64,000 bases of DNA from Alphaproteobacteria bacterium (GTDB lineage: Bacteria; Pseudomonadota; Alphaproteobacteria; UBA828). The stretch spans positions 320,001 to 384,000 of the forward strand of contig CBDCQT010000012.1 in assembly GCA_965220745.1 (NCBI GenBank), given 5' to 3'. This document shows positions 11,205-20,729 of this stretch, in pieces (position 1 is the stretch's first letter; each line of letters begins with the position of its first letter). Both the position numbers and the translations under genes were made by a program. The notes beneath the pieces were generated by a model. The model did not search any database. It was not told where the DNA came from and saw only the letters and a list, made by a program, of their open reading frames with translations.

Positions 11205-13265
11205 CTAGGCTGCGCCCGTCTCCAGGATGAGGTTGAAGTAGTGGTCAACGTCCGCGCTCATGCCAGGCCTGATCAGCACGGTCGAATCCATCTGTTCGAC
11301 GATAGCGGGCCCGACAAGCTGCGCGCCTGGCAGCAACCTGTTGCGGTCATATACCTTGGTCGGGACGAAGCCGTTCTCCTCCTCGAAGTAGACATCCCGC
11401 GCGCCGGTCTCCGCCGCGTCGGCCGTCCCGGTGTGGTCGCTCTGCCTCATGGACGGCCGATCGATCAGACCGTGGGCGACGAGCCGGATGAGCTGGAGCT
11501 CCACCGGAATCTCGTCGAGCACGTAGTTGTATTCCCGCTCGTGCTCAGAGGCGAAGCGGGCAAGCGCCGTGTCGAGGGCGGCCTGATCGAAGCGCCGTCC
11601 CTCGATCGCGACGGAAAGCGGCACCGCCTCGAAGCCGCCGTAGTACTTGAAGTTCGCGATCCGCTGCAGAAGCATGCGTTCGTCGTCAAAGCCCGATGCC
11701 CGCAGCATGTCACGGGCCGTCGCCTCCATCTCCGCGAACTCCGCTTCGATCTCGGCGCAATCCAGCTGATCGGCGCGGCAAATCCGCGTCCGCGAGAAGT
11801 CGTAGCGGACGTCCGCAAAGAGCAGGCCGAGCGCCGAGGTGAGCCCCGGGTTCGGCGGCACGATGACCTTGGGAATGCTCATTTGCAGGGCAAGCTCGGC
11901 GCAGTGCAGGGGCCCCGCGCCCCCGAATGCAACCAACGCGAACTCGCGCGGATCATAGCCCCGCTCGGTGGTCACCTGACGCATGGCCTGGACCATGTTG
12001 GCGTTGGAGACCGTGATAATACCATTGGCAGCCTTGGTGACATCCATGCCGAGGCGCTCGGCGATCCGCTGCACGGCCTCTTGTGCGAGCGCGGGCCGAA
12101 GCTGCATGGCGCCGCCGGCCAGCCCTTCCGGTTTCAGCGCGCCGAGGACCATGTTGGCATCGGTGTTGGTCGCTTCAGTCCCTCCGGCGCCGTAGCAGGC
12201 GGGCCCCGGCGCCGACCCCGCGCTGGCAGGCCCGCTCTTCAGTACGCCGCCCTCGTCGATCCAGGCAATCGTGCCGCCACCGGCGCCGATGGTGATGAGA
12301 TCGATCGAGGGAAAGACCACGGGAATGCCGAAATCGATCTTCGACTCCTCGGTCGTGCGGATCTCCCCCTCGAAGATCGTCGCGATGTCGGCGCTCGTGC
12401 CGCCCATGTCGAGGCTGATAATGTTGCGGACGCCGGCGAGCTGACCCAGCGCCTTGGCGGCGATGACGCCGGCGGCCGGGCCCGACATGATCGTCCGCGC
12501 CGCGTTGCGCCCTGCGCCCTCGGGCGTGGTCACACCGCCCGAGGACTGCATGACGAGAATTTCGCCGCCATAGTGCTTGTCGTGGAACTCTCTGCTGAGC
12601 TGATCCATGTAGCGCCGAACGATCGGCTCGAGATAGGCGTTGACCACCGCCGTCGAGGTGCGCTCGAACTCGAAAATCACGGGGATCAGCTCCGACGACA
12701 GCGTGATCGACGCGTCCGGGCATTCTTCCCGAAGGATCCGCCCCATCGCGCGCTCGTTCTCCGGGTTCAGAAAGGCGTTGAGGAAGCTGACCGCGATGGA
12801 CTCGATGCCGCGCTTCCGAAAGGCCCTTCCCGCGGCCCGCGCTTCGCTCTCGTCCACGGGTGTAAGGACGTTCCCGAGATAGTCGACCCGTTCGCTGACG
12901 GTGAGGCGATCCCGGCGCGGCACCAGTGGCGGCGACGGTTCCCACGATACGTCGTACATGCCTTCGCGGGGACGGTTGGCCCGCCTGATCTCGATGAGAT
13001 CGCGAAACCCCTTGGTGCCGACCAGGCCCGTTCTCGCGCCGGTGCGTGCGACCACGGCGTTCGTCGCGATCGTCAGACCGTGAAGGAAGATCTCCATATC
13101 CTCGAAGGAGACATCGGCCGCGCGCACGGCATCGACCACGCCCCGCTGGTAGTCGGGATAAGTGGTCGGTACCTTGGTGAAACGAAAATTGCCGTCCGCG
13201 TCCACCGCCACGAGATCCGTGAAGGTTCCGCCTACGTCAACGGCCACTCGATGTCGCGTGCTCAT
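11205..13265 (-). CDS. Hydantoinase A/oxoprolinase family ATP-binding subunit
   Basis: DVGGTFTD, SGPAAG, DMGGTS, GAGGG, FGGAGPLH; true start MSTRHRVAVD at 13265 overlaps the upstream stop. Confidence 0.92.
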   Translation of the reverse strand: MSTRHRVAVDVGGTFTDLVAVDADGNFRFTKVPTTYPDYQRGVVDAVRAADVSFEDMEIFLHGLTIATNAVVARTGARTGLVGTKGFRDLIEIRRANRPREGMYDVSWEPSPPLVPRRDRLTVSERVDYLGNVLTPVDESEARAAGRAFRKRGIESIAVSFLNAFLNPENERAMGRILREECPDASITLSSELIPVIFEFERTSTAVVNAYLEPIVRRYMDQLSREFHDKHYGGEILVMQSSGGVTTPEGAGRNAARTIMSGPAAGVIAAKALGQLAGVRNIISLDMGGTSADIATIFEGEIRTTEESKIDFGIPVVFPSIDLITIGAGGGTIAWIDEGGVLKSGPASAGSAPGPACYGAGGTEATNTDANMVLGALKPEGLAGGAMQLRPALAQEAVQRIAERLGMDVTKAANGIITVSNANMVQAMRQVTTERGYDPREFALVAFGGAGPLHCAELALQMSIPKVIVPPNPGLTSALGLLFADVRYDFSRTRICRADQLDCAEIEAEFAEMEATARDMLRASGFDDERMLLQRIANFKYYGGFEAVPLSVAIEGRRFDQAALDTALARFASEHEREYNYVLDEIPVELQLIRLVAHGLIDRPSMRQSDHTGTADAAETGARDVYFEEENGFVPTKVYDRNRLLPGAQLVGPAIVEQMDSTVLIRPGMSADVDHYFNLILETGAA

Positions 13266-14335
13266 CAGCGCTTCCCCGGCTTCATGGGGTGAGACCCTGC
13301 CGGCAGCCCTCTTACGAAGCGCCAACCGACCCACTCTTTCACCCGATACCATTCTAGCTCCAGCCCGCTCGTGATGCCGCGGGGCCTGAGAATCAGGATC
13401 GCCAGCATGACGAGCGCAAGCCCCACCTCGCGGAGGTTGAGCACGCCGCTCGCGAGCTCGATGCGGAGCAGGAGCTCCCCAATCGTGGTGACGACAAGCG
13501 TGCCGATGACCGCCCCCCACAGGCTGTTCATGCCGCCGACCACGAGCATGGCGAGCGTCATGAACGTGATCCCGAGGTAGAAGCTCTCCGGGCTGCCGAT
13601 CCCGAGAAAGTGAATGTGCAGGCCGCCGCCTGCGCCGACGATGAAGGCGCTGAGGCAGAAGGCGAAGACCCGGTGCCAGACCACGTTCACGCCGATCGAC
13701 GCGGCGGCACCCTGGTCTTCCCGCGCCGCCCGGAGCCGCAGTCCGAAGCGCGAAATCTGGAAGAGGTAGGCGACTGCGATGGCCGCCAGCGCCCAAACCA
13801 GCGTTGACCAGAGATCGGTCGTGCGCGGCACGCCGGGCATCGAGGCCGCCCCGCCCGTCATGTCGTTCCAATTGCTGGCAACGACGTAGGTGATCTGCAG
13901 CACCGCGAGCGAGGCGATGCCGGCAGCGAGGCCCGAAAGCTGCATCAACGGAATGGCGACGATGAAGGCGACGACGGCTGCGACCGCCGCCCCCAATATG
14001 ATCGCCGGCACGGTGGGCAGAAGCTCGGTGCCGAGGGGCCCCGGCAGGTTGGGCAGCAGCACGTTCCGCATGGTGAGCGGGATGGTCAGCGCGCCCGAGA
14101 TGTAAGCGCCGACTGCCATGAAGCTCATCTGCCCGAAGGACAAGATGCCCGAGTTGCCCACGAAGGTGTAAAGGCCGACCACCAGAATCAGATTGACCAG
14201 ACCGAGCGTGGCAATGCGGTTGAGACCGGAGTCGCCTACACCGGCCACGATGGCCACGACGACGATAACCAACAGGCTCGGACCCGCCACGGGCGTGAGC
14301 CCCGCCATTATCTGGTCGTGCCTGCGGGCGGACAT
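13265..14335 (-). CDS. Branched-chain amino acid-type ABC permease (LivM-like)
   Basis: GILSFGQMSFMAVGAY, SRFGLRLRAARED, LVVGGMNSLWG, RPRGI; start MSARRHDQ. Confidence 0.88.
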   Translation of the reverse strand: MSARRHDQIMAGLTPVAGPSLLVIVVVAIVAGVGDSGLNRIATLGLVNLILVVGLYTFVGNSGILSFGQMSFMAVGAYISGALTIPLTMRNVLLPNLPGPLGTELLPTVPAIILGAAVAAVVAFIVAIPLMQLSGLAAGIASLAVLQITYVVASNWNDMTGGAASMPGVPRTTDLWSTLVWALAAIAVAYLFQISRFGLRLRAAREDQGAAASIGVNVVWHRVFAFCLSAFIVGAGGGLHIHFLGIGSPESFYLGITFMTLAMLVVGGMNSLWGAVIGTLVVTTIGELLLRIELASGVLNLREVGLALVMLAILILRPRGITSGLELEWYRVKEWVGWRFVRGLPAGSHPMKPGKR

Positions 14336-15213
14336 CAGAGAATCTGCCGTCGGCTGTGGCGCTGCAGAAGGCCCTGCGGGCGGAGCAGCAGGATCGCGAT
14401 GACGATGGTGAACACGAAAGCATCCCGGAACGGCGAGAGTTCCAGGGGCAACGCGATCTGGAAAACGACCGTCATGACACCCAGGAGGAAGCCGCCGGCG
14501 GTCGCCGCCGACAGGTTGCCCATGCCGCCCACGACAGTGCCGACGAAGGCCACGAGCGTGATGCTGATCCCCGTCGTCGGCACCACCGCGCCGACCTGCG
14601 ACAGGAAGATGAGCGACACCGTGCCTGCGAGGAATCCACTGATCGCGAAGGAGACGGCGATCACCCGGTTCGCGCGAACGCCGAGCAGCCGGGCCATACG
14701 AAAGTCCTCGGCCGCCGAGCGCATGTGAAGCCCGATCGAGGTCCATTTCAGACCCATCGCCAGGGCCGCAACGAGCAGGATCGTCACCGCAACGGTGACC
14801 ACGCCGAGCTTCTGAATCCGCACGTCGCCGATCTTGAACAGCTCGAGCACGAACATCGGCATCATCACCGGCCGCGCGTTCGAGGTGAGTGTTGCCGACA
14901 TGATGTTTTGCAGGAGATAGCTCACGGTGAAGGACGTGATCAGCAGGGTGGCTGCGCTTGCGCCGCGCACGGGGCGAAACGCCGTGCGCTCCATCAGCAG
15001 CGCGAGCAGGGTCGTGGTTGCGAGCGTGCCGAGAATGAGCAGCGGCCACGGGTAGGGGCTGAGGGCCGCCATCGAATAGCCGCCGACCATGATCAAGTCG
15101 CCGTGGGCGAAGTTGATCAGCTTCATCACACCGAGGATCAGGGCGATGCCGAGCACGGCGAGCGCATAGAGGCTGCCAAGGCTGATCGCATCGACGAAGT
15201 GCTGAGCGATCAT
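14335..15213 (-). CDS. Branched-chain amino acid-type ABC permease (LivH-like)
   Basis: LINFAHGD, VVGGMGN, LLLRPQGL. Confidence 0.9.
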   Translation of the reverse strand: MIAQHFVDAISLGSLYALAVLGIALILGVMKLINFAHGDLIMVGGYSMAALSPYPWPLLILGTLATTTLLALLMERTAFRPVRGASAATLLITSFTVSYLLQNIMSATLTSNARPVMMPMFVLELFKIGDVRIQKLGVVTVAVTILLVAALAMGLKWTSIGLHMRSAAEDFRMARLLGVRANRVIAVSFAISGFLAGTVSLIFLSQVGAVVPTTGISITLVAFVGTVVGGMGNLSAATAGGFLLGVMTVVFQIALPLELSPFRDAFVFTIVIAILLLRPQGLLQRHSRRQIL

Positions 15214-15233
15214 CGTGCGACGCCTTGGGGCAC

Positions 15234-16751
15234 CTAAGCTGCCGACGTGGTCTGCACGTCGAGACCGAGTTGATCGATGTAGGACTTGACGATATCGGCC
15301 CTGATCGTGGCGTCGGTGCCCTCACCTTCCAGCGCGATCTCGCCGCGCCGGAGCACATAGATTCGGTCGCTCATCTCGATGGTCGCCAGCGCATTCTGCT
15401 CGACGAGGAGGATGGAGACGCCTTCGTCACGCAACGCCGCGAGGGAATCGAATACGCGCTCGACCAGTATCGGCGCGAGGCCGAGGGAGGGCTCGTCCAC
15501 CAGCAGGAGTTGCGGGCGGGTGAGCAGGGCGCGGGCGATCGCAAGCTGCTGCTGCTGGCCGCCGGAGAGATTCCCGCCGCGCGAGGCGCGGCGCTCACCG
15601 AGAATGGGAAACCGCTCGTAGAGCTCCTCCAGATCGCGCGTCGTTTGCTGCTTTTCGGTTCGGGTAGCGGCCGCCACCTTGAGATTCTCTTCGACTGTAA
15701 GCTGCGCGAAGATGTGCCGCCGCTCGGGCACCAGGGAAACGCCCTTGCGTACGATGTCCTCCGGCGCCTGACGCACCAGCGCCTCGTCGCCGAGCTGCAC
15801 GCCTCCCTGTGTCGGCCGCAGCACACCTGCGATCGTGAGCAACAGGGTGGACTTGCCGGCGCCGTTGGGCCCGACGACGCCGACCATCTCACCCCGCCGG
15901 ACCTTGAGCGATACGCCTCTGAGCGCCGGCACCCGGCCATAACTGACATGCAAGTCCTCGACCGAGAGAAGCTCAGGGGCCTCTTCACGCTCGCTCGGCA
16001 CTGGAGCGGGGGTCTGATCTGTGACCTGCGCGCCGAGTTTTCTGGTGCCCAGATACGCGGTGATGACCGCGTCATTCTTTTGAACCTCGTCCGGCGAGCC
16101 GGTGGCGATGGTTAGCCCATTGTCCAGCACGTGAATGCTGTCGCAGAGATTCATCACGAGCCGCATGTCGTGCTCGATGATCAGAACGCCGCAGCCCTCG
16201 CTCTCCCTGATCCGCGAGATCAGGGCCACCAGTTCGTCGCCCTCCGCTTCGTTCAGGCCCGCCGCCGGTTCATCGAGGAGGAGAAACTGCGGGCGCGTCG
16301 CGATGGCGCGGGCGATGCCGACACGCTGCTCCTCCCCGAAGGAGAGCTTCTCGGTGGGCAGATGCGCTCTCGGCAGGAGACCGACCCACTCGAGCACCTC
16401 GGATGCCCGGCGCTTAGCCTCGCGCCGCCCGAGGCCAACACCGACGGCTGCGACCTCGACGTTCTCGGAGACGGTCAGGCCGCGAAACAGACGGACATTC
16501 TGGAACGTCCGCGCCAATCCGCTCTTCGCCAGCCGATTGGGCGACCATATCGTCACCGTCTCTTCGCCGAGCGTGACCGTTCCGCTCCTGAGTGGCACGA
16601 AGCCGCTCAGCGCGTTCATGAGTGTTGTTTTTCCCGCGCCGTTCGGGCCGATCAGGCCGAGGATTTCGCCGGGGTCGAGCTTGATATCAACGCCGTCTAC
16701 GGCCTTGACGCCCTCGAAGTAGACTCGAAGGTCCTCGCCTTTCAGGCTCAT
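15234..16751 (-). CDS. Fused LivG-LivF-like double ABC ATPase
   Basis: Two Walker A motifs (GPNGAGKT, GPNGAGKS), LLDEPAAGL and LVDEPSLGLAP in one 505-aa frame. Confidence 0.85.
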   Translation of the reverse strand: MSLKGEDLRVYFEGVKAVDGVDIKLDPGEILGLIGPNGAGKTTLMNALSGFVPLRSGTVTLGEETVTIWSPNRLAKSGLARTFQNVRLFRGLTVSENVEVAAVGVGLGRREAKRRASEVLEWVGLLPRAHLPTEKLSFGEEQRVGIARAIATRPQFLLLDEPAAGLNEAEGDELVALISRIRESEGCGVLIIEHDMRLVMNLCDSIHVLDNGLTIATGSPDEVQKNDAVITAYLGTRKLGAQVTDQTPAPVPSEREEAPELLSVEDLHVSYGRVPALRGVSLKVRRGEMVGVVGPNGAGKSTLLLTIAGVLRPTQGGVQLGDEALVRQAPEDIVRKGVSLVPERRHIFAQLTVEENLKVAAATRTEKQQTTRDLEELYERFPILGERRASRGGNLSGGQQQQLAIARALLTRPQLLLVDEPSLGLAPILVERVFDSLAALRDEGVSILLVEQNALATIEMSDRIYVLRRGEIALEGEGTDATIRADIVKSYIDQLGLDVQTTSAA

Positions 16752-16864
16752 GTGTTCCCGCAGTTCCGGGTTGATTGGCGTTCCGCGTGGTCGACCGCTC
16801 GATCGTTACGCGCGTAGACGCCGGCTGCGCGAACGGCAGCCGGCATCAATCGCAAGCCCGAAAC

Positions 16865-18052
16865 CTAGAACACCACTGGCGGAGGCTTCTGGATCTTCCA
16901 CCGCTCGACGAACCGGTGCTTCCCGTCCTTCACTTCGACGATCACCATGGGCCGCCAGATGTCGCCATGGCGCTCGCTCGTGAACGTGGTCGGACCCACC
17001 AGCAGAGGCACCTCGTTGAAGTTCTCGAGCGCTTCGCGAACCGCATCCGTGTCGAAGCTGCCAGCCCTGTTCACGGCCTCGGCGTAGGCCTGAATCTCGC
17101 TGTAACCGATCACCGCGAACGCGCGTTGGGTGATGTCAGGGTCCGCCTCGATTTGCCGCCGGACGAACGCGTTCACATCCTCCCAGGGATCATCGAGATA
17201 GGTCGAGATGTAGGCCGCGTTATAGAAGTTGTCCAAGCCCGGCACGGACTCGAGCCAATAGTCGCCATCACCGCACACGCCGGTCACGATCGGCGTCTCG
17301 ATGCCGGCCGCCCTGATCTGACGCGCCGCGACGGAGAGTCCCGGATTGCAGCTCGGCACGAACAGGAAATCGGGCGCAGTCTCAAGCCCCCTGATGCGGC
17401 TGACCTGTGAAGCAATGCTGGTATCGGTCAGCAGGAAGGTATCCCGTCCGACGACGCTGTCTTCGCCTTCGAGTTCGACCCAGCGCGTCTCGAAATACTG
17501 TGAGCACGTCTTGGTGTAGTCGATGAAGGTGTCGGTCAGCAGGTAGACCGTCTTCCACCCCTTGCTCATCGACGACCACTCGGCGAGCGAGCCGCACTCA
17601 TCTGGCGTCTGCGTGTCAAGGCTGAAGGCGTTCGGGCCGACACCCTGCTTGCCGAAGCGCGGCGAGCCGGCACAGCCGAGCGCGATCATGCCGTTTTCCT
17701 GAGCGACCGAGGCGGACGGGCCGCCATAGTCGAAGTCGCAGCTGACGCTCAGGATGTCCGCGCCTTCGTCGATCAGCTCCTGCGCGGCGATCACCGCCTG
17801 AGCCTTGTCGGTCTTGGTATCGCGCCAGATCGACGTCAGTTTGCGGCCGAGCAACCCGCCTTCGGCATTGATGTCGTCAATGGCGAATTCGATACCCAGC
17901 TTGGCCGGCATGTCATAGGCCGACATGAACCCTGTGCTGGATTTCGCAATGCCGATGACGAGCGGGTCTTCCTCGGCGTTTGCCTGCGTTCCGGCGCACA
18001 CGACCAGTGCCGCGGCCCCGGCGGCGAGCACCACATTTCGAAGCAATCGCAT
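16865..18052 (-). CDS. ABC substrate-binding protein (LivK/PBP1 family)
   Basis: Signal peptide, INAEGGLLGRKL motif, first gene of the liv-type operon. Confidence 0.88.
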   Translation of the reverse strand: MRLLRNVVLAAGAAALVVCAGTQANAEEDPLVIGIAKSSTGFMSAYDMPAKLGIEFAIDDINAEGGLLGRKLTSIWRDTKTDKAQAVIAAQELIDEGADILSVSCDFDYGGPSASVAQENGMIALGCAGSPRFGKQGVGPNAFSLDTQTPDECGSLAEWSSMSKGWKTVYLLTDTFIDYTKTCSQYFETRWVELEGEDSVVGRDTFLLTDTSIASQVSRIRGLETAPDFLFVPSCNPGLSVAARQIRAAGIETPIVTGVCGDGDYWLESVPGLDNFYNAAYISTYLDDPWEDVNAFVRRQIEADPDITQRAFAVIGYSEIQAYAEAVNRAGSFDTDAVREALENFNEVPLLVGPTTFTSERHGDIWRPMVIVEVKDGKHRFVERWKIQKPPPVVF

Positions 18053-18297
18053 CCCAGAACCTCCCTCTCGTTATGATTTCATTGGGCCAGCCCAAGGCGG
18101 AGTGCAGCCTTCGGGCAGGGCCGCAAGAATGCTACTTGAGCGCCTGAACCGAAACAACCAGCCCGTCACAGCGCAGGCCTGCGCCGTTCTCACGCTGGCC
18201 CGCGCCCCCACTTAGGAGCGTGCAGGAGACAGGGGGAGGTGGGGATGGTGGGCGGGAGACGCCTCCCGAAGAGAGGAGCGACAGACTTCCCTTCGTC

Positions 18298-20385
18298 CTA
18301 GTTCGCCGGTCTCGCCCAGATGGCGGTGTCGTGGAACACCGCGCCGCCGTTGGGATAGCCCGGATCGGCCGAGGTCAGTGTGTTGATCCCGAGCCCTTCC
18401 TCGAACGCGGTATTGGGCCAGATGCTCTCGACGATGACGGTGCCGCGCTGCTGGCCATGCGTGGTGCCGTTGGCCCTGCCGTTGCCATTCGCGATGCGCG
18501 CGTGAAGCAGGATCGAGCCGCGCCGGTTGCCGATGCGGACGCGGTCGCCGTCCTCGAAGCCGAGGTCGCGGGCATCGCCGGGGTGGAAGAGGGCGGAGGG
18601 CCTGGTCTCCTTGGCTATGCTGGTGGGCGTCTCCGTAAAGCTCGAGTTGAGGTAGTTGTGCGCGGGTGCGGTGACGAGGCGGAAGGGATGCTCCGCGTCC
18701 GGCGCCTCGGTCACTGCCATGTGGTCGGGGAAGGCGGGCATCTCAGCCCCGCGCGGGTTCATCCTGGTCCAGTCCGGCTTGAAGCGGAACCGCCCGTCCG
18801 GCCAGCCGAAGCCGTTCAGGTGATGGGCGCTCTCGAAGTCCGGCATGCAATCCTTCCAGCGCTCGGCCTTGAGCGTCGCCGCATCGGGGTGGCCTGAGCG
18901 CTTGAGCGTCGCGTCGATCAGCTCCCATGCTGTCATGTCGAAGCCCGGATGCTCGGCGCCGAGCCGCTTGGCGAGCGCGCGGATCATATCGTGGTTGGAG
19001 CGCGTCTCGGCATAAGGCTCGATCACCTTGGCGCCCATCAGCAGGTAGCTGTGGCCGCCGCCCACGTAGATGTCGTCATGCTCCAGGAAGGTGGTCGCCG
19101 GCAGCACGATGTCGGCATAACGCGCGGTGTCGGTCATGAACTGCTCGTGCACAGCGAGGAACAGGTCCTCGCGTAGCAGGCCCTCGCGCACTTTGGCCGA
19201 TTCCGGTGCCACCGCCGCCGGGTTGACGTTCTGCATGACGATGGCGGTGACCGGCGGGCCGTCGCCGAGGTCGTTCGGATCGCCTGTGAGCACCGGGCCG
19301 ATGCGCGACATGTCGAGGAGCCGCACCGAGCGGTCTCTGGCGTCGAGCCCCTCGATCAACGTGGCGTCGACGCCGTAGACGCTCTTGTTGGTGTGCATCG
19401 CGCCGCCGCCCTCGTACTGCCAAGCCCCGGTGACCGCGGCGATAGAAGTCGCGGCGTGCATGTTTGCGGCTCCGTTGCGCGAGCGGGTGAAGCCGTAGCC
19501 CAGGCGGATGTAGGTGCGCTTGATGCGCCCGATCATGCGGGCGAGCGCCACGATCTCGGCGGCCGGAATTCCGGTGATGGCGCTGGCCCACGCGGGGTCG
19601 CGGCTCGCGAGATGGACCTCGAACTCGTCCGGACAGTCGGTGTAGCGGGTGAGGTAGTCGCGGTCGGCGAAGTCTTCGGCGAAGAGCACGTGCATGATGC
19701 CGCAGGCGAGCGCGCCGTCGGTGCCGGGTCTGAGCGCCACGTGATGATCGGCGACCTTGGCGGTACGCGTCTCGTAGGGGTCGACCACCACGAGCGCTGC
19801 GTCCCGCGACTTCCGCGCCTTCGCGATGTGGGTCATCACGTTGACCTGGGTGGAGGCCGGATTGCAGCCCCAGACGACGATCAGGTCCGCCTTCGCCATC
19901 TCGCGCGGGTCGGAGCCCACGTATGTGCCGACTCCGGCCCACCAGCCGTCGCTGGAAAGCCGCGAGCAGATGGTCTCGTCCTGCCTTGAGTATTTCTTGA
20001 CATGGCGTAGGCGGTTGATGCCGTCGCGCTGCACCAGACCCATGGTGCCGGCGTAGTAGTAGGGCCAGACCGCCTCGGGACCGTGCTTCTGCTCGGCGCG
20101 GACGAAGGCGTCGGCGATCTGGTCCAGCGCGTCGTCCCAGCCGATGGGGCGGAACGCGCCGGCGCCCTTCTCGCCGGTGCGCTGCAGCGGCTGAGCGAGG
20201 CGCCCCGGATGGTGCACGCGCTCGGCGTAGCGCGCGACCTTGGCGCAGATGACTCCCGAGGTGTAGTCGTTCTCCCGCGCGCCCCTCACCGCGCCGATCC
20301 TGTCCGGCGCGAGCCGCTCGACCTCCAGCGCACAGGTCGACGGGCAGTCGTGGGGGCAGGCGGTGGCAACGAACTCGCTCGACAC
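18298..20385 (-). CDS. Molybdopterin (bis-MGD, DMSO reductase superfamily) oxidoreductase, cytoplasmic
   Basis: N-terminal CPHDCPSTC...C 4Fe-4S motif, RPGTDGALA, TDTARYADIVLPAT; no Tat signal. Confidence 0.9.
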   Translation of the reverse strand: MSSEFVATACPHDCPSTCALEVERLAPDRIGAVRGARENDYTSGVICAKVARYAERVHHPGRLAQPLQRTGEKGAGAFRPIGWDDALDQIADAFVRAEQKHGPEAVWPYYYAGTMGLVQRDGINRLRHVKKYSRQDETICSRLSSDGWWAGVGTYVGSDPREMAKADLIVVWGCNPASTQVNVMTHIAKARKSRDAALVVVDPYETRTAKVADHHVALRPGTDGALACGIMHVLFAEDFADRDYLTRYTDCPDEFEVHLASRDPAWASAITGIPAAEIVALARMIGRIKRTYIRLGYGFTRSRNGAANMHAATSIAAVTGAWQYEGGGAMHTNKSVYGVDATLIEGLDARDRSVRLLDMSRIGPVLTGDPNDLGDGPPVTAIVMQNVNPAAVAPESAKVREGLLREDLFLAVHEQFMTDTARYADIVLPATTFLEHDDIYVGGGHSYLLMGAKVIEPYAETRSNHDMIRALAKRLGAEHPGFDMTAWELIDATLKRSGHPDAATLKAERWKDCMPDFESAHHLNGFGWPDGRFRFKPDWTRMNPRGAEMPAFPDHMAVTEAPDAEHPFRLVTAPAHNYLNSSFTETPTSIAKETRPSALFHPGDARDLGFEDGDRVRIGNRRGSILLHARIANGNGRANGTTHGQQRGTVIVESIWPNTAFEEGLGINTLTSADPGYPNGGAVFHDTAIWARPAN

Positions 20386-20729
20386 GGTGCGTCCTCCTCG
20401 GGGCTGATGCCGGCCGCATCGCCGGCCCGGTGCCGGCGGGCGGCGGTCCTCCCGATCCGAGTCCGCATCTTAGCCTGGAATTATCAGCACGGTCATGGTT
20501 CGCCCACGCGAGTCGCTAAGGTGGAAGCCGGTCCCGAATGGCCGCCGATCAGACCACTGTAGGCCGGCTCGGCCTTCGGGCGACGTTCGGCAGTTGACCG
20601 ATTGTAGGTGAGGCAGGTCCGAACCATACTTTGCGGGCTGCGACGTTCTCTTGCCGAAACTCCATGTGCAGGTTCGTCGGTATTTCGGCGATTGTCGGCG
20701 TCAGGCGACGCATGCGGAGACCGCAATCG

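Noticed and set aside
11205-14423. 1072-aa ORF suggesting a giant HyuA fusion
   Set aside because: The N-terminal extension is an off-frame reading of the LivM gene; the real start is 13265
13265-15358. 697-aa ORF
   Set aside because: Only the last 356 aa (LivM-like) are credible; the rest overlaps livH out of frame
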